Shown: positions 61,901 to 64,000 of the stretch, in pieces
Layout: each line of letters opens with the position of its first letter
How positions within the stretch are numbered: the stretch's first letter is position 1
Source: a virus
Direction: 5' to 3' (one strand)
Length of the DNA stretch: 64,000 nucleotides
IMG/VR virus record: IMGVR_UViG_3300034068_000566
Location: 1-64,000 of that record
The notes under the pieces: generated by a model
Database searches by the model: none
Told to the model about the DNA's origin: nothing
Seen by the model: the letters and a program-made list of their open reading frames with translations, nothing else
Position numbers and translations under genes: made by a program

Positions 61901-64000
61901 AAGATTCTAGAGGCGCTAACTGGAGAGAACTACATGGTGTTCACTCATCAGTAATTAAAAGCACAAAGAAGCCACTAACCCCTGCAGCAATAAAGAAAAT
62001 AGAAGATGAAATTACATTAAGAGCAAGACAAAAAGGACATGGTGCATCTTTATCTGACAAAGACTTTATGGATGGCTTTGCTAAATGGGCACAAGGAAAT
62101 GGTTTTGCTAAGGGTGGAGTAGTTCCAGGATACATGGCTGGAAGAACTGGCTTAACCTATGGCGCAGCAGCAGCAACGAAAGTTTCAGGGGCAAAAGAAG
62201 CAGCAACAGTTGCCAGTCTAGAATCTAGAACAAGATTACCACTAACTCCACTGCCTCCTGGCATGCCATTTAAAATTAGTAGACTTGAATCTGGAATGTC
62301 ACAAATTCAAATAGGTGGTCAATCTATGACCGCAAAAACGTCAGAAGTTTCTAAGTTTGAAGAAAGATGGAAAGAGTTTGCAGCAGCCTATCCAGATAAA
62401 ACAATTTATGCCCAAAAAGTAAAAGATTTAGAAGCAAGAATTTTAGATTATAAACTTAATCCTAGAATAGACTCTAAAACTGGTCTCGAAAAGCCATTAA
62501 GATTATCTGGAACTGGCAATAATGGTTTATTTGCTAATGTCAATCCTTGGTCAGGATCAAGAACTAGAAAAACTCCACCAGAAGTAAAAAGTAGATGGCA
62601 AAAGGTTCTTGCTGACCCTAGTAAAAATAAGCCAGCCCAAAAACTATTAAATTATTATGCAGAAGAGCTTGCTTCTGTAAAGAAGAATCTTGTTGGCAAA
62701 GGTCCTGGAAAAATTTCAGAAGCAGATGCGCTTGCTGTATTAAAAGCACCAGACTTTAAAACTGCAATAGAGAGAGTCAGATCTGGCGAAGGCGGAATCG
62801 CAGCAAGTCATATAAAAGCTACTGGTAAAAATAGAGATTTAGAGTTTTGGCCAGCAGACAATGTTGTGAGAGATCAAACAGTTGTAAACTCTGGAATGAA
62901 TGCACTTTCAAAAAGGATGGGCGCAATTCACGTAACAACTGAAAAAGAAGCATTGAGAGCAATTAGTAAATTAGAAAGTAAAAAACATCAATATAAAGGT
63001 TGGGGTGCAAAAAATAAAACAGACACTTGGACAACTACAGATATAATTACTGAACACCTGCTAAGGAAAAGAATTCGTGATGGTTATTATAGAGATCAGA
63101 AGTTTAAAGATTCAGACTATATGCCAGCAGATACTCTTGCATTATCAAAAGGAATTTTTTCAGTTCCAGGGCCAAAGGGTGCGGGAGATATTCAACCAGC
63201 AATGCTATCTCCTGGAGAAGCAGTTATCCCAGCAAAGGCTGCATCTAAATATTCTTCATTAGTTTCAGGAATGATTAATGGAACAATTCCAGAACATGGA
63301 AAAGGCAAGGGTGGAGTTCCAAGACCTCTTCCTGGATACACCATGGTCGATAAGGGTGATGGTTGGGGAGCAACTCCAGTAGCAAATACACCAGCACCTT
63401 CAAGGGGAGCAGATGTTCTTGGAAAAGCCACAGCTCAAGTTAGCAAGTTTGGAACGGCGGTAGTAACTGGAACTAAAGCAGTTGCTAATAATGCTAGGGT
63501 TCAATCAGCAAGTGCAAAAGCAATGGATAGAGTTAGAAAGATTGATGCTCGCCTGTCATCTATGGGTGGTCCTTCTGGTCCTGGTGGTCCAGGTGGTCCT
63601 AGCGGTCCTAAACCACATGGTGGTTATTGGACAGGGTACGGAAAAGTTGCAACCCATGATCAAGATGGTAAGGCATTAACTAAGGAACAAAGAATTAATG
63701 CAAGACAAGATTATAGAATGAAGTCATCTCAAACCATGATGGGTGTAGGAATGGCAGCCATGATGATTCCTATGCTTGCTCAAGGAATTGCACAAGGATC
63801 ACCTGATTCAACATTAGGAAAAGCTGCAGCCAATAACATGCCAGCAATTATAGGAGCATCTATGCTTCCAATGATATTGCCACTTCTTAATTCACCGCTA
63901 AAGAAATTAATTGCCACAGTAGTAGCATTAGGCGCTGCATTTAAGATGCAGAGTATGGCAATTAGAAAATCTATTTCTGATGGAGTTAAACAGGGACAAT
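58915..64000 (+). CDS. Tape measure protein (partial, runs off the right edge) with internal cargo domains
   Basis: ATG at 58915; frame open in every segment translated, including the window end; GKNTQWAGRQL...A.KEGG....GANALKS tape-measure core; position after the chaperones. Confidence 0.9.
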   Translation, partial: MADINSNILINIDTTQAMSALRGLDKQISALNRSMIVGTKAASLAQADFAKSLLHNVNATGMFNASMGKMSTSTDQFSKRLEAGKLSLREYYRYGMASTKTFGKNYGREFQTISNLAEKRVKALQSQYVQLGKDAQGAIRSMRITPKALNYNDALTRMSMTIQRQQIMNKLLDDGATKLLNFGKNTQWAGRQLMVGFTIPLAMFAGSAIKAFKEIETQAVRFKKVYGDIFTTQDDTDKALKNMKDIAKEYTKYGLKVSETIKMAADAAAAGNSGQQLETVVKQASKLAVLGGVAQDKALETTIALQNAFQIGSGELGKTMDFLNSVENQTVLSLEDLSNAIPRVAPVIKQLGGDVKDLAFFLTAMKEGGISAEQGANALKSGLASLINPSKAATEATSKLGINLKGIIESNQGNLKNTVVSFAQALQPLTDLQRAQTIEKVFGKYQFSRISALLNNVTKEGNQASRVLKLASASAEELALLSERELKTQESSPMYKMQAAIEKLKASIAPIGELFAKVLTPVINFFVNLFDKFNNAPEGIKKAVAIIVAAVAGIGPVLLMTVGLVANGLANLMKMFNLIRKGFQGLAYGSKDAALGTQYLSNEELENIAVSNSLATAHKSLSSAYVLESASLVALTNAYREAKVAMSSFASTNPGMFMPSRGRVTPPRRFAKGVTSVPGTGNKDTTPALLTPGEAVIPADMAKKYAPFIGQMIDGTLPGHMAGRMPLFLGMPKTIKAVTDQRKARMTMEEIAKATEASRFGKMDPTDFGVQLEATTGRSFPVRGVGGLYQKPDGTKVFVKPMLDETAALAELRATTIAREAHGLNAPQQTIRTMIDPTDPLKKRKLIALEAPYNPEFAKPTGKFSKDEYFRQLVASGLRGDKDLQVANLSGNNLVDVGPAGVFSAASGLRSYAKTMPSVEDQVRINLLGVKGSNTRRFFAEETTNIPKGMTPQAYNQAMVDEIDLVLPKLRKTIKGFGDLNPEEQGIYQNMIKRLEDSRGANWRELHGVHSSVIKSTKKPLTPAAIKKIEDEITLRARQKGHGASLSDKDFMDGFAKWAQGNGFAKGGVVPGYMAGRTGLTYGAAAATKVSGAKEAATVASLESRTRLPLTPLPPGMPFKISRLESGMSQIQIGGQSMTAKTSEVSKFEERWKEFAAAYPDKTIYAQKVKDLEARILDYKLNPRIDSKTGLEKPLRLSGTGNNGLFANVNPWSGSRTRKTPPEVKSRWQKVLADPSKNKPAQKLLNYYAEELASVKKNLVGKGPGKISEADALAVLKAPDFKTAIERVRSGEGGIAASHIKATGKNRDLEFWPADNVVRDQTVVNSGMNALSKRMGAIHVTTEKEALRAISKLESKKHQYKGWGAKNKTDTWTTTDIITEHLLRKRIRDGYYRDQKFKDSDYMPADTLALSKGIFSVPGPKGAGDIQPAMLSPGEAVIPAKAASKYSSLVSGMINGTIPEHGKGKGGVPRPLPGYTMVDKGDGWGATPVANTPAPSRGADVLGKATAQVSKFGTAVVTGTKAVANNARVQSASAKAMDRVRKIDARLSSMGGPSGPGGPGGPSGPKPHGGYWTGYGKVATHDQDGKALTKEQRINARQDYRMKSSQTMMGVGMAAMMIPMLAQGIAQGSPDSTLGKAAANNMPAIIGASMLPMILPLLNSPLKKLIATVVALGAAFKMQSMAIRKSISDGVKQGQ

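Overview
This window is 64 kb of an AT-rich tailed (siphovirus-like) phage genome. The host is inferred to be a low-GC actinobacterium, probably freshwater, from its actinobacterial-type regulatory motifs, leaderless genes, PASTA domain and class II RNR. Layout: (1) 1-2.1 kb and 17.3-19.8 kb carry accessory enzymes (glutathione peroxidase, JmjC cupin, two FkbM-like methyltransferases, endonuclease VII, a 2OG-Fe(II) oxygenase). (2) 2.1-17.2 kb is an early/host-takeover-like region of many tiny ORFs, DUF932, Gp88 and tRNA-Asp, with a very rich non-coding layer: 12 TGTCAS-N10-TANNNT promoters matching the mycobacterial PafBC/RecA-NDp DNA-damage promoter, about 11 CRP-type palindromes, 9 DnaA boxes, GACAC (WhiA-type) boxes, and 5 copies of a covarying H-type RNA pseudoknot at gene 3' ends. 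(3) 20-36 kb holds tail, baseplate and fibre genes, including two Pro/Phe-repeat (PPFF) Fn3 proteins. (4) 36-43.3 kb is a block of seven 2OG-Fe(II) oxygenases, two DUF6065-like genes and an SDR. (5) A class II RNR with an apparent in-frame deletion follows. (6) The end of the window has portal, protease, capsid, neck and tail genes, duplicated tail chaperones, and a partial tape measure protein carrying kinase-like and HNH-like cargo. All assignments come from reading motifs by eye; no searches were run.
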